Assembly (NCBI GenBank): GCA_038496445.1
Contig: JALMLS010000322.1
Coordinates: 930,001-994,000, forward strand
DNA length: 64,000 nucleotides
Direction of reading: 5' to 3'
Source: Trichosphaerium sp. ATCC 40318
Taxonomy: Eukaryota > Protista > Tubulinea
Each line of letters starts with the position of its first letter. Position 1 is the first letter of the stretch. This document shows, piece by piece, positions 51,757-64,000 of this stretch. Made by a program: the position numbers and the translations under genes. The notes under the pieces are model-generated. The model had not been told where the DNA came from and did not search any database. It was given only the letters and a program-made list of their open reading frames with translations.

Positions 51757-52512
51757 TTACATTACAATACATCTACGCTGCTGTTTGTCTTTTTCGATTC
51801 TATCCCTACGAATTTCTCTTACAAGTTCATAAAACTGTTCATCAACATTGACACGTGTTTTAGCAGACGCCTCTAAAAATAGACATCCATTCTTTTGTGC
51901 TAGTTCCCTTCCTTCTTCTGTGGCAACTTGTCTGTGTTCTTCCAAGTCTACAAAATTTCCCACAAGTACTATAGGACGTCTTTCTGTGACACTGAGCCTA
52001 CAAACAAATGCTCGTCATTTAAGGCAAGAAACTGGAGAACCATAAAAAAAACAAAATTCGAAAACCGATGTGAATAAGTTGTTAACGGACCTGTCGCTAG
52101 CGTCAAAGAACCATTGTAGTTCTTCAAATGATCGTCTGCATGTTATGCTGTACATCAAAATAATGCCATCACCATGTCGACAGTACTACAACATGCTGTT
52201 AGCCCTTTCCACGTTATTACATTACGAGGTTACACAAAACAGAGAAAGGTTCAGCTCCGCTTGTGTCAATAATATCAAGTTTGGCATCTTCGTCGTCTAC
52301 GGTGACTTGCTTACGAAACCTTAGTGCAAAAGTGAGCGTTTGGAGTTGTTTTAAACTCTTAACGTTAAAAGTGCTTAAAAAAACCTCCGTGCGTACGATT
52401 CTTCTAGACTAGGGTCGTATTGTTCTACAAATACGTTTTGAACGAATTGTATTATTGTTGATGATTTTCCAACACTTACAGGGCCCACTAGGCAGAGTCT
52501 GTACTCATTCAT
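51757..52512 (-). CDS. Divergent Ras-subfamily small GTPase with CAAX box
   Basis: MNEYRLCLVGPVSVGKS...YDPSLEES|FRKQV...DTSGAE...GNFVD...EASAKTRVNV...CIVM*; three introns. Confidence 0.92.
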
Positions 52513-52899
52513 TGCAAGCTAGACTTGTGAGGTGGCGTTTTGTTGACTTAGCTGTTTTACAGGGTCGTATTTTTGCGTACAATGAGATTTTAGTACTGCT
52601 ATTAATATAAGTTCATTGAAATCTCTTTAACATCAAGAATTAAAGCCACGCGAGAAGCACATTTTTTGGACAAATTACGTGAGAGTGTGCACACACTAAT
52701 TAGTTGGTGCCTAGGTACATTTCTTCATAAATACCGTGTAATTTAGTAATACAATTTTTTTTTGAATCACGTGTTTTGTATCAATTTGTAGACAAACTAA
52801 ACGTGCCTTCAACCGTTGCAAGTGGCGAAAACAATATCCCGGCAACTGTTGCATACGTGATGATATAATAGGATACTACCCATTACAGAGGGTGCAGGA

Positions 52900-53290
52900 T
52901 TAGTGAGCAATATTAAGGTACGTGCTGGTGTTGACACTAGCACTGACTGATGAAGGTACAAAAGCACTATTCGGCGGTCATGAGATAAGGTTGCAACAAT
53001 GTAGAAGACATCCATATGCTCTGGAGTTCATACTAATGTTCTTTCAAACAAATAGAATTTCTAATGAATTAATTTGTTTGGATTTTTGTATTGTATTTAT
53101 TACACTTTCTCAAAAAGTGGTATCCAAAAAGGGTCTACTTTTTTTGCTGTTAGTATGTACTCCTGCTAGCGCTTTTATACCTTCAGCTGTAACTTTGGTG
53201 TTGTTGAGGTCAATGGTATGAACTCCTCAGAGAGTGCCTTTATACTTTCATCTGTAATAGAAAGACACCCTTCCAAGTTTATGTTATGAT
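52900..53290. pseudogene. LRR remnants on both strands
   Basis: + strand about 52940-53010: LTDEGTKALFGGHEIRLQQC. - strand about 53150-53285: NLEGCLSITDE.../GVHTIDLNNTKVTAEGIKALAGVHT. Confidence 0.65.
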
Positions 53291-53736
53291 CAAGACCTTT
53301 AATTTCCGATTCCAACTAGTAAACATGTCTGATGGAGAAGCGCAAGAAGTTGCTGTCAATGTCGACTCTAGTACTCAGCAGCCTGTAACCAAAAAACTTT
53401 GCCAACTACTCGAGGATATACCAAATACTTATCACACGCAGCCTCCACAGGAGTGGCTACAGTCAATGAAATTTGGTATTGTGTTTTGTAAATCACAATG
53501 TTGTTGAAGTACATCGATTTGTAATAACCAGAGTGTCAGTTAATTATGAAAGTACTATCTACAAGTAATGGAATTCTAGCTCGAAAAGATCTTACACGTG
53601 GTCGCTACTGGCGGTAATACCAAAAAAACGTGATTTACAAAAATCGTTTCATTAAACGGTTAAGTGAACAATTGGCTGTACTACAAATAACACGTGACTA
53701 CTAGTCTCTCTCCTATTATTAGTATTAGAAAGTAAA

Positions 53737-55239
53737 ATGAACTCAAACAGCGCGTTCTTTGATGAGATTCCTGTAGAAATCATAATTATCATTCTACAAT
53801 TTGTTTCAACGTTATCTATGCATTCAGTTGTATGTACATGTAAATTATTATCAAATATAGCAACACAGTACTTGGGATATGAATTCAAAAGGGCAAATAC
53901 TCTGGTTAACACGAAAAAAGAGCTGAAACAACTATACAAACAATCACAACATCTCATCAAGACAACTCAAATAATCCTCAACTTTCCTCTAAAACAAAAA
54001 CACTTGAAGTATCTACGAGGAGCATGTGCCATCAAAATATCAAGGATTAGAAAAGTAGACTTTATAGACTTTAGGGTTGTTGATAGTATTGACTTTAGCT
54101 TTTGTCATGAACTGACTGATGATCATCTTAAACAACTTTCTGGAGTTCATAAAATTGTATTAACTGGAACAAAAGTTACAGATAAAGGTGTTAAATCATT
54201 AATTGGTGTTCATACAATTAGCTTAACATATTGTACACGTGTTACATCAAAAGGCATTAAATCACTATCAGGTGTTCATGAAATTGACTTAAGCTATTGT
54301 ACTTGTGTTACAGATGATGTTCTCAAAGCACTATCTGGTGTTCATACAATTGATCTTCGCTTTTGTAACCATATCTCTGACAAAGGACTCAAGTGTTTAG
54401 CTGATGTTACAAGCATTAATTTATCTTGTTGTTGTGGTATCGCAACTGAAGGTGTTACTGCATTGGCTGCTGTTCATGCAATAAAGACAGGAATGTGTAG
54501 TATTGGAGATGATTTAATTATGGCCCTTATAAGAGATGGTGTTCATGAAGTAGATTTACAAGATTGTACACCTATTTCAGACGATGGTGTGAAAGCATTG
54601 GCTGGTGTTCATACAATTGATTTATCGTGTACAAATGTCACAGATGATGGCATTAAAGTATTGGCTGGAGTACATACTATTGATTTAGCAGAATGTAGAC
54701 ACATCACAGATGATGGCATCACAGCTCTGGCAGGAGTTCATAGCATTAATTTGAAAAGGTGTGAACTTGTTACAGATAAAGGTGTTAAGGCATTGGCTGG
54801 TGCTCATAAAGTTGGTTTAAGCTATGTTAGTGACATTACAGATGATGCTATTAAAGCATTGGTTGGTGTTCATGAAATCTATTTAAACAGTTGTGACTAT
54901 ATCACAGATAAAGGTATTAAAGCATTGGCTGGTGTTCATACAATTAATCTCTGCAATACTCAGGTTACAGATAAAGGTGTTAAAGCATTGACTGGTGTTC
55001 ATGTAATTAATCTCTGCAATACTCAAGTTACAGATAAAGGTGTCAAAACGTTGGTTGGTGTTCATATAATTAACCTAGCAAAGTGCTGTAGTATTACAGA
55101 TGATTGTGTTAGGGCATTAATTGGTGTCAAAGAAATTAATGTTGCTGAGTGTCAGCATGTTACAATTGATGCTATTGATGGGGCTATTGTTTACACTGCT
55201 TCTGAATACTCAATTTGTATTGGTTTTTGTAAATCCTAG
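53737..55239 (+). CDS. Intronless F-box + LRR protein (~16-17 repeats)
   Basis: F-box FFDEIPVEIIIIILQF; repeats ALAGVHTIDLxxCxxITDDGIK. Confidence 0.9.
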   Translation: MNSNSAFFDEIPVEIIIIILQFVSTLSMHSVVCTCKLLSNIATQYLGYEFKRANTLVNTKKELKQLYKQSQHLIKTTQIILNFPLKQKHLKYLRGACAIKISRIRKVDFIDFRVVDSIDFSFCHELTDDHLKQLSGVHKIVLTGTKVTDKGVKSLIGVHTISLTYCTRVTSKGIKSLSGVHEIDLSYCTCVTDDVLKALSGVHTIDLRFCNHISDKGLKCLADVTSINLSCCCGIATEGVTALAAVHAIKTGMCSIGDDLIMALIRDGVHEVDLQDCTPISDDGVKALAGVHTIDLSCTNVTDDGIKVLAGVHTIDLAECRHITDDGITALAGVHSINLKRCELVTDKGVKALAGAHKVGLSYVSDITDDAIKALVGVHEIYLNSCDYITDKGIKALAGVHTINLCNTQVTDKGVKALTGVHVINLCNTQVTDKGVKTLVGVHIINLAKCCSITDDCVRALIGVKEINVAECQHVTIDAIDGAIVYTASEYSICIGFCKS

Positions 55240-55783
55240 GTTTTCAGAACTCTGTTTAAAAACATGGTATAAACTTGATATGTCCAATTCTCTATAATAC
55301 ATCTTTGGAATTGAATTACCCAGAATTCTTTATGTTTCTGCTTTCAAAACGTGTTACAGTTGGAAGCTTTTTCAACATGAACTCCAACACAGGCAATTCC
55401 ATATGTACAATCCACATCAAGGGTTCGTATAACAGCTTTTCAAGTTTGCTGTTGACAACAAAAAGAACGATCGTAGGCTGCTATGCAGCGCCTATACAAA
55501 GTTTATATAGAGCTTTTCCCTAACGGCAGAACTCTAGTTGGTACTTTCTTTCCAATTCTGTTTTAAACGTTCTCCAGAAAGAACATGCTTCGATCTTCAC
55601 AAAAGCAGTGTTTGATGGCAGTTCAACATAACGCAATCACTCTTCGGATTCTACCCATTTCATTGGCAGTTGTGAAGTTTAATGTATTCTGGTGACAAGG
55701 CCTTTGCACAAATTTGTTTATTTACAACTTTTTTTTGTTCTTAGTTTAATCACGTGTTTGGGTCTTTTTTTTTTTGTTTTGTT

Positions 55784-58700
55784 TTACAACCCAGTAAATG
55801 CAGTTACAGCATCTCTTCCATCTCCTTGACGTGGAACAAAGGCAAGCAAGTAAGGTGCAATAGGTGTTAATGTCTTAACAAGAGCAGTTTCGAACTCAGG
55901 CAAGTTGAAAAGAGGTGATAAAAGTGACTCCATTTCAACAAAGAAAGGTTCAAATCTCTGAAACTGAGGATTATGATGGAAAGCCATAAGCTGTTAAGAA
56001 GATAAAAATATTAGTGTCACGTGCGTAAATTAATAATCTAAAAAAAGAGGACGTACTGCTTCCATATGTTTATGAAGGCTGTCGCCAGTTTCATGAAAGC
56101 TTCCTTTGTTTAAGAAGACTTTTTCTAAGTAGATATAACAAGCTCTAGCTGCTAGGTTCATGACTTGAGATATCTTTGCTGGTGGTTGTATTGGGTATTT
56201 AGAACGTTCGAATACAGATGCACCTCCATAGTAGATTTTTAGGCAAGTGAGGAACATGTCAACCTAAAACAAAGTCAGTAAAAAATAATGCGAAAAAGAA
56301 CTTCAAAGAAAAGCAAAAGTTTTTATAAATGTTCTTGAAGCTCTGAAAGGCTACTCTGTGTTTATGGTTGTGTAAATCATTAGTTAAATACACAGTCGCA
56401 ATAAGCCATGTATTTTATGGAGAATAAATAAAACAGATAGCACAAGATGGAGATTTTGTGTGAAAACCAATGTATTAGATGCATACCTTTTTATGAGATT
56501 TTCCACCCTCCCAGCGATCATCAGTAAGAAGCTCAACAGCGAAGAACCATAAAGAGAATATATCAAACTCTCTGTGCTCTGTAGGCAAGAAACGAACAAC
56601 ATAATCTATAAAACAAGTAGTCAGTGAAAAGAATAAACAAACAAAAACAAAAAGTAATAAACCACTAACCCAAGAACCTATGAGCGTTATTTGTCCAACT
56701 CGCAGGATCTAATCCTTCAAGTTTTTGCTTCTCTTTCTCCAATAATACACGTAATGTCAAAGCAGCGCGTACTTCAATACAAGCGTTGATAACACTAGAC
56801 CAGTCCAACTCTCCAATAACAACAGCGTTTTGAACACTATAAACAAAAAATGTCAAAAAAGAGGAATACAGAAGGAAGGAGGCCAGCTAACGACCTATTG
56901 CGGCCAATTTGGGTTTAAAAGAGCGTACGTAGAAAGAGGAGAAGGATCTTGGCTTTGATTGAAGAAAGCATGAAGTGCTTCTTCAAATAATGAGACAAGA
57001 ACTCTAGGACGGATAGCTAGAGATGTTGCTTTGTGGGCATTGGAAAAGAGATGCATGCACGTGTTTACAGATCCTGATGTAAGGAACATAGCAACAAGTC
57101 CATACATACGGTCATTAAGGTCCATCAGTTGTGCATTAAGTTGCTACAAGGAGTAAGGAGAAAGAGTAGCGTAATGAAGGCGTAAAGATGCCAAATACAA
57201 AAAATAAAAGGGACTGCAGTTTTATGCTTCTTCGCAAGAGCGTACCATAATATTTTTACGCTGTTGTTGGTCTTGGACTGTATTTGGATCTTTAAAGAAT
57301 GGAGGAACAGTGGTAGTTGTATGGAATCTAATAGGTGCAAGGTACGGTTCACCAAAAATATCTTTTTAAAACATTAGTAAGCAATGTGCAATCATAAGAC
57401 ATTACAAAAACTTACCACCATGTTGTCCTGGTAAACTCAAGACGCAAGATACTAAAACAACAATACCATCGTTCACAAGAGATTCTCCTTGTTGCTAAAT
57501 GAAGTATGTCAGATAAGATGAGAGCAATTAATTGTCATCGTATAAAGCAAAAAAAATACTTGCCTGCTGACGCTGAGCAAGATCAACAAACCGAGAAGTT
57601 AGCGGTAGAATCATATGACTCATTACTTTTACATGATCAGCGTTAGACAGATACCAATACTTTTGGGTTGCTAGAGGAGAAAACATAAGCAACAAACCGA
57701 GAAAACAAACAACAAAAATGTCAACATAAAACATCAGCTAAGCCATACCTTGGTCAATGCTACCTACACACAAATACATAGCAGACCTAATCTCGTTCAT
57801 AGCAGCAAGAATAGATCCAGAAGTACCAATCCTGTGTTAAAAAAACACGTGTTAGTTGATATATTCCTTTGAGAAGAAAAACGAAAAGAAAAAAGTAGTA
57901 CCATCTGGCAACATCACGAAGCAAACTCATGTTCTCTAGTAGCTTATTGGTAGGATCATTCATAACAGCTCCTGTCTTTACAAGCCTCATAAGGCTTTCA
58001 CCATTAAACACAGATGCAAATTCATTATCTGGAGCAAGCCTCCAATCAACCAAAAAATGACCTTCTTCATACCTAATAAAAAAATAAGACCTCGATAAAA
58101 CATCCTTTCGCGAGCTTTTACATACCAATTAGGTTTGTTGACAATACCGAATACAAGTTGTCTTATATCAGATGGAATAGCTCTTGGTTCGAGTAGGTTA
58201 ATATCCATGAATATCTTCAAGAAATATAAGCCGTTCTCCATCTGCTCAACATCATCTTCAGCGAAACAAAGAGCAAATTGACGCCAATCAAGTTTTGTAA
58301 ATACAAGCTTTGTAACAGCACTATTAACACTAATATGATTACTTAATGTAATCAATGTAGAAGTATCATTATAGTGGAATGTAGCTTTATCCCAAGGTAT
58401 TTTAGACAAGACCTTAACAAGCTCTGTTTGATCTAAAACAAAAAAAAATGAGAAGCTGAAGTAAAAAGTGTTTAGTTGTCTCTCACCGAGTCTTTCAGTA
58501 TGGGTTGCGATGTAAGGATTAAGTATCTCCATGTACAAGTACCAGAACCTGTCAACAAGTGGTGGACAAGTTTCAACAAGAGATACAAGCATATTGAGTA
58601 GTCCAAAGAAAGATAAGGCAGTTATTTGATCTCCATAGTCATTGATAAACTTCAAAGATCCTTTGCAGAAGTTCTAAAAAGAAGATGTTTAACGACTTAA

Positions 58701-61700
58701 AAAAACCATCACTCTCAGCTTTGCGTACTTCTATTGCTTCCCATGTTGGTGAAGTAGTAAGTGCCGGTGGGTGTGCGTATATAGCCGAGTTTTCTTCAAC
58801 AATCTTAACAGTGAGAGGGCTTTGTAAGATCATATTTGATGCCATTGCCAAAGCAGACTTGTATTGGTCGTCTTTCATTGGCAACTCAGCAGCCATACGT
58901 GCTAGCAATAGTGCAGCTCTGGATAAGACATTAGATCGTAAACATTAAAGGTCTTAGCATACTTATCAGCGTCTACATTATCGGTCCATGAACCCAACAA
59001 CTCTTGCCAGTTTTCAGTTGACCTTGTTCTTTAAAAAAAAGTTAACAACAAAAAGAGGAAACAGAAAGACTAAGTTTTGTACCCTTGCGATTGTTCACTT
59101 GAAGACATGACACTAGCCATAACTTGGTCAGCCATCTCCGGAATTTGACTGAGTCTATTCATTATAGTATTGGATAGTTGTGAGAAAGCGTTGTTCTTGA
59201 TGACAATCCTAAAATAAGAAACAAAATTAATCAAAGTAAACTATTCAAAAAAAAACTCACTTCAGAATATCCAACATGAAATGAGGTCCGAGTTCAGGCA
59301 TAGAGATAATCTAATTATCTTTATAAGCAAACAGATACAATGGCATATAAGCTTACCTTCTCCATGTGCTGTGAAATATCAAAGCAAGAAGCCAAGAATC
59401 GTTGTTCTGGTTCATCCAAGTCATTTGATGTCGCTCCAGTTAAGGTAGATAAAAGCATAAGGTAATTCCGGCTAAAAAAAACCATCAGTAAGGATTTCTC
59501 TGTAGTTATTTTACCTGTCTCCTTGAGAGAGGAATACCGAAGGTGTAAAGAGACTAAACAGATCTTTTCTAGATTCTGAGAAGTACTTGATCTTCTACAA
59601 ACTTACATTAGAATCTTGAACAACAACCCGAAAGAACACAGTAACGTACGAGTGTCAATGGCGCTTCATCGTCTTCCGTCATTGATGTCTTAGGCGCTGA
59701 TATAGATGCCAAGTGCTTCTGCTGATCTGATTCACGAGGACCGGCAGTGTAGTCATCTAAGGCAAGTTAGAGAAGTGAATGAGGGTTCACAAGACTTCAT
59801 ACCTGACATATCCAAAAGACTCATTTCTGGTTGAGGAGCAGGTTCAGGCTCCTTTTCCTGAGGCTTAGGGTGCGGTGGAAGTATCTGAGGAGGTTCAGGC
59901 ATCTCTTGAATAACTGGTCCAGTTGGTTGTTGAGCAGCTTGAGGAGCATGCAAAGAAGGTGCGGAGTAAGCAAGTATCATCTTAAAAGAACAAAGGTAAG
60001 AAAAAAATTAAATTAAAAAAAACCCTTTTAATTTGTACTCACGTCTAACACTTTCTTTTGAACACCAATATGCGGTATATTCTGTATATACGCAGTACCA
60101 ATATCCTTAACAATACCAACAACAATAGACATGAGTGGAGAATGAGGAGGAGGTAATCCTTGTAAAACCATTGGGAACAGTTGAAAAAACAATACAAGTG
60201 CTTGGTTGCGTTGTGTTTCTTCTAAGAAACAGGCGTTAGAAAAACTTGAAGAAAAACAGCAAAGGGCACAGTGTTTGATTCAACTACGTACTTTGAGTTA
60301 CCAAATAATCTTTGAGTTCAGCTAAAATAGCAGTAGCATGTGCTGTTGTTCTAGCAACATCAAAGAATGTGAAGAAAAGTTTGTTATATAATTCACGGTT
60401 TCTCTTCAAATCATTAGCAGCTCCTTCATAACCAGGACCAAGCTGTGTGCTCTTGATATTAATCTCAACACCCTTAGAAGAAAAAAATTAATAATCACAT
60501 ACAGGAGTAAAGTGGTTTTTGGGAGTTATTCCATTACCTCGCATCCATGTTTTCCACAACTAATGACACGTTTGTATCTATGAGGATGATTATAATGTTG
60601 TGATCTAGCTAACTCAAGGAACTTCTCATCACTGATATCAAGTTCTTTATGGAGTTCAACGTATTGTTGGAATAGAAGTCGTAAATCTTCAACAACTGGA
60701 ATAACAAAAGACTCTTCTTGTGTTGTAGCTGGATCGAACTTATTAATAGCAGTAACATTACGCTGTAGCTCTTTCATGAACGAAGCGAGCTTCTTGTATT
60801 CACGCTGAACAATCTTTTGAGGTATATGCTTATAATCGAAACTATCCAGTAAGGTTTGAACCAATTGATGAGCTAAGAAAAGAGTAAACACGTGTTTCAC
60901 AAAAATTTCAAAAGAAAAAGAAGAAGAGAAAACAGATTTAAGCATTAAAGGACTCTTCATACTCTTTGTGTCTTGACTACTCTCTGAAAGTTTCTGAGCA
61001 GGGTTATTAGTATTCAAGTAATCAGGAACATCATCTTCAGAGTCTTCAGAAGGCTTCTACAAGAGTTAAAACAAACAGAAAATATAAGTATAAAAAAAAA
61101 ACGTTTTTGTGCGTGACATAAAACTCCAGTACGTACACTAGTAGGGTCATCTGGTGATGATAAAGGCGATAAGTTGAGCTTTGATAAGTGCGTGAGTATA
61201 TTATTAGGTCTATCCGTTGGGAAACTTGGAGGATATTTCTCATTAAACAATCGAAGAATTTCATTTGCGTTAGCACCAAATATATCAGTTCCAGTATTAA
61301 GAATAACATCCTTAGACCAAGTTGTGAACGAGTAATATATCTGATACACAGTTCGTGTATCATCTCCAGAGAATGTATTGGCTACTCTCGTAAAGTGGGC
61401 GTTCAACTCATCACGCTTAGAACGTGGCAAGAAGTCTAAAGATAAAAGTTTAGTAAGAGAAGAAGCGGCTCGTTCTTAGGTGCTATTCAGCACGCGTACC
61501 TGGGTCGCCATATAATGCTTGAATCTCAAAATACAACAAAAAGAATTGTTGCCAGAACGGTAATGCAACTAATTGTGTATCTAATTGTTTAGCAACGTCC
61601 ATCCACTTCCAGAATGACGAGTTTTCAATACCTCTAGTAAGAAGTATTAATTGAAAAGTCAAGGGCCAGGTAGAGAAAATAAACGTACGCAGAGTATGAT

Positions 61701-64000
61701 GCTCCAGTTCTAGGAGGAGGCAAACGTGGTTGGTACGCCCACAATGACAAATAAGCCACCCAAACGCGATTATTGGATAAGTACTTTGTAATATCTTTAT
61801 CACGAGCTCTTCTATGTGGTACCAAATCAACAAGTTGTTGAAAGTCTGCGTTTTGACAGAACAATCCATGAACAAGCATATCCAACAAGGCATTGAAATG
61901 GCCAAGCTAGAAAAAGCATTAATGGAAACATAATAACCCAAGAGAACAACAAAAACAAGCAAATAAGAATGTACCTGAGAGAATAATACTTTAGTCCAAA
62001 ATGGAAGCCACTGAGGAAGCTCTTCAATTATACTCAAAGAGTCCAAGAATAGGTTAGTTATTGACTGATATGTAACATCATCGCTGAACTTTCTAATATC
62101 GCGCATCAAGAAACCAACAGCTTTACATACTTCAGGTTGTGGATCAAGCTACACGTGGGAGAAAACAAATAAGCACCAAAATAACAAAACAAGAAAATAA
62201 AAAAAGGAGCTCACAGCGAGCTCCAAGAGAATGAAGAGAATCAAGCGTACCATAATAATTCTGAACATAACAGGTAATAAAGATAGAACCAAGTTTATAT
62301 GTTGAGGGTTCTTGCTCATCAAAATAGCTTGAAGGCGAGCAAAAGCACCCCAAGAGTTTAAAACCGATACATCATATTTCTAATTAAAAATGTCATTCAA
62401 CAGGACCAACTATAAACCACAAAACCAACAACTCTCATTAACATACCTGAGGACTACCTGAAGGAGATAAAAGGTCTTGACGTTGTCTAAAGAAGTAAGA
62501 AAAAAAATCATAGTTAGCTTAGTGTACCCAGAAGAGTAGTGTTGGTGTACGTAGAATAGCATTAGTGCTGTCTGGAAGAAGTGTATGTAAATGTCTCCTG
62601 GGTGTTGTACATTCTCAGCAGATAAAGAGAATATCTTCTCAACGAAAACAGCATCAAGAGGAGCTAATAAAAAGTCAGAAGAAAAAACAAATGAACAAAA
62701 ATGTAACAAAAACTATAAAACACTCTCGTACGTGATAGTAGTCGTTTTGTGTAAATATCACGCAAGAATACTGTTGTCCAACTCGGATCTACAGAAGCAT
62801 ATGATGCCATGAGGATAACAGCTGTCTAAAACAAGATATTAACATCCTATCAGAAAAAAAAAAAAAGAAAAAAAAGAGCTCGTACCTTTAACCTTTCCAA
62901 AGTTCCTGCACGCTCCCAAGATATCATCTCAATAAGTTTAGTACCTATAGTAATAGCCAACTGTTCCACAGGTGGTGTGAATTTTACTACATGCATGTAA
63001 GATAACCACAATAGACATACGTAAATTCTTAAAAAAAGGATTTACCTTGAGGTGGAGACGCTATAAACGCTGTAGTACACTCATCAATAGCTCTTCGATA
63101 ATTTTCAATATCATGAGGAGCAGGGAGATCAACAGGGAACGTCTTACGGGCTATAAGATATGCAATCCAATTCAATGAATAAGGGTCAACTGACCATGTC
63201 TTAAAAGGTGCTTTTAAAGTATCTATAATTTAAGGTAAGAAATAATGGCAGAATATATAATCTTAGTACCCAAGAAGGATAATACATCCTTAGGATTGAG
63301 GTAAGCAACATTAGTGCCAAGCTCATTAATCAAGTATTTCATAAATCGTCCATCTTTGGAACCCATAAATCGAAGCTAAAATATTTGTCAACAACAAAAA
63401 AAAAACAATGTTTTCTCCTTTGTAAAATCCGTACAGCGTAAATTGACTCTTGTTTTAAACTATTGTTCCAAGGTGAAGGGTTCTTAGGTTGCCATAAGAA
63501 AGCAAAGAAGAATACTTCCTCAACAACCAACTTGACAAGATCTAAAGGCATATTCCTGTTCATAAAAATATTAGTCTTTTTTATTCATTCACCGTGACGT
63601 ACGGAATATCAACAGAGTGTTGTGCCAGTTCAATCCATATTCTTATTGTTGGGAATCTAACAGAGTGGTTTTTCTTTGCTAGAACAGGCTCTAATTGATA
63701 GACCATCTCAAGAACAGCTTGGTTATTAATCAAGAACTGAATAAACTCTTCTCTGTGAGCCAAACGCCCCTGAAGAGGTGTTGTTGCGTACTCAACCTTT
63801 AAAATCAAGGTGTAAGTATTCAATATCAATAAAGAAGGTAATGACGTACTGGTTTCGATTTAAATAAATGGTACAACTCACCAAATAAGAGAACAACATC
63901 AGAAGCATTCAATTGTTGCCAACTAAATTTGTAAGAAATAATAACAAAAAAAAACCATAAAGATTCCAAAACCACTCGCACCTTAGGTAATACAACTGAG
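55784..64000 (-). CDS. EPG5: Ectopic P-granules autophagy protein 5-like (5' part outside window), many exons
   Basis: Very long helical multi-exon gene. SFWKWMDVAKQLDTQLVALPFWQQFFLLYF matches the recalled EPG5 segment ...WAHQAL...PLIWQKFFLLY. Confidence 0.75.

Overview
AT-rich (roughly 35% GC by eye), gene-dense eukaryotic nuclear DNA with many short spliceosomal introns (GTAC/GTAA/GTAT donors, CTAAC/TTAAC-like branch points). Gene content and intron style suggest a free-living protist, possibly an amoebozoan (inference). Recognisable genes: RRN3, CDC40/PRP17, EPG5 (5' part outside the window), profilin, PP2C, a dual-specificity phosphatase, prolyl 4-hydroxylase, an EEP hydrolase, a GH36-like alpha-galactosidase, and strongly divergent Ran and Ras paralogues. 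Lineage-specific families: four intact F-box+LRR genes plus LRR remnants, two other F-box genes, three membrane-anchored SAM methyltransferase paralogues, two CAP-like surface proteins and other surface proteins. Most notable observations: (1) about 60 CACGTG palindromes versus about 6 expected, with a MITE-like element bounded exactly by CACGTG and a CACGTG indel between duplicated segments; (2) a modular, apparently shuffling F-box/LRR repertoire whose variation is concentrated at predicted ligand-facing positions, with orphan LRR cassettes nearby; (3) a natural Ras with V12/S35/E38/A61/F117; (4) frequent AAG acceptors and GC donors. All exon models were assembled by eye, so boundaries are approximate.
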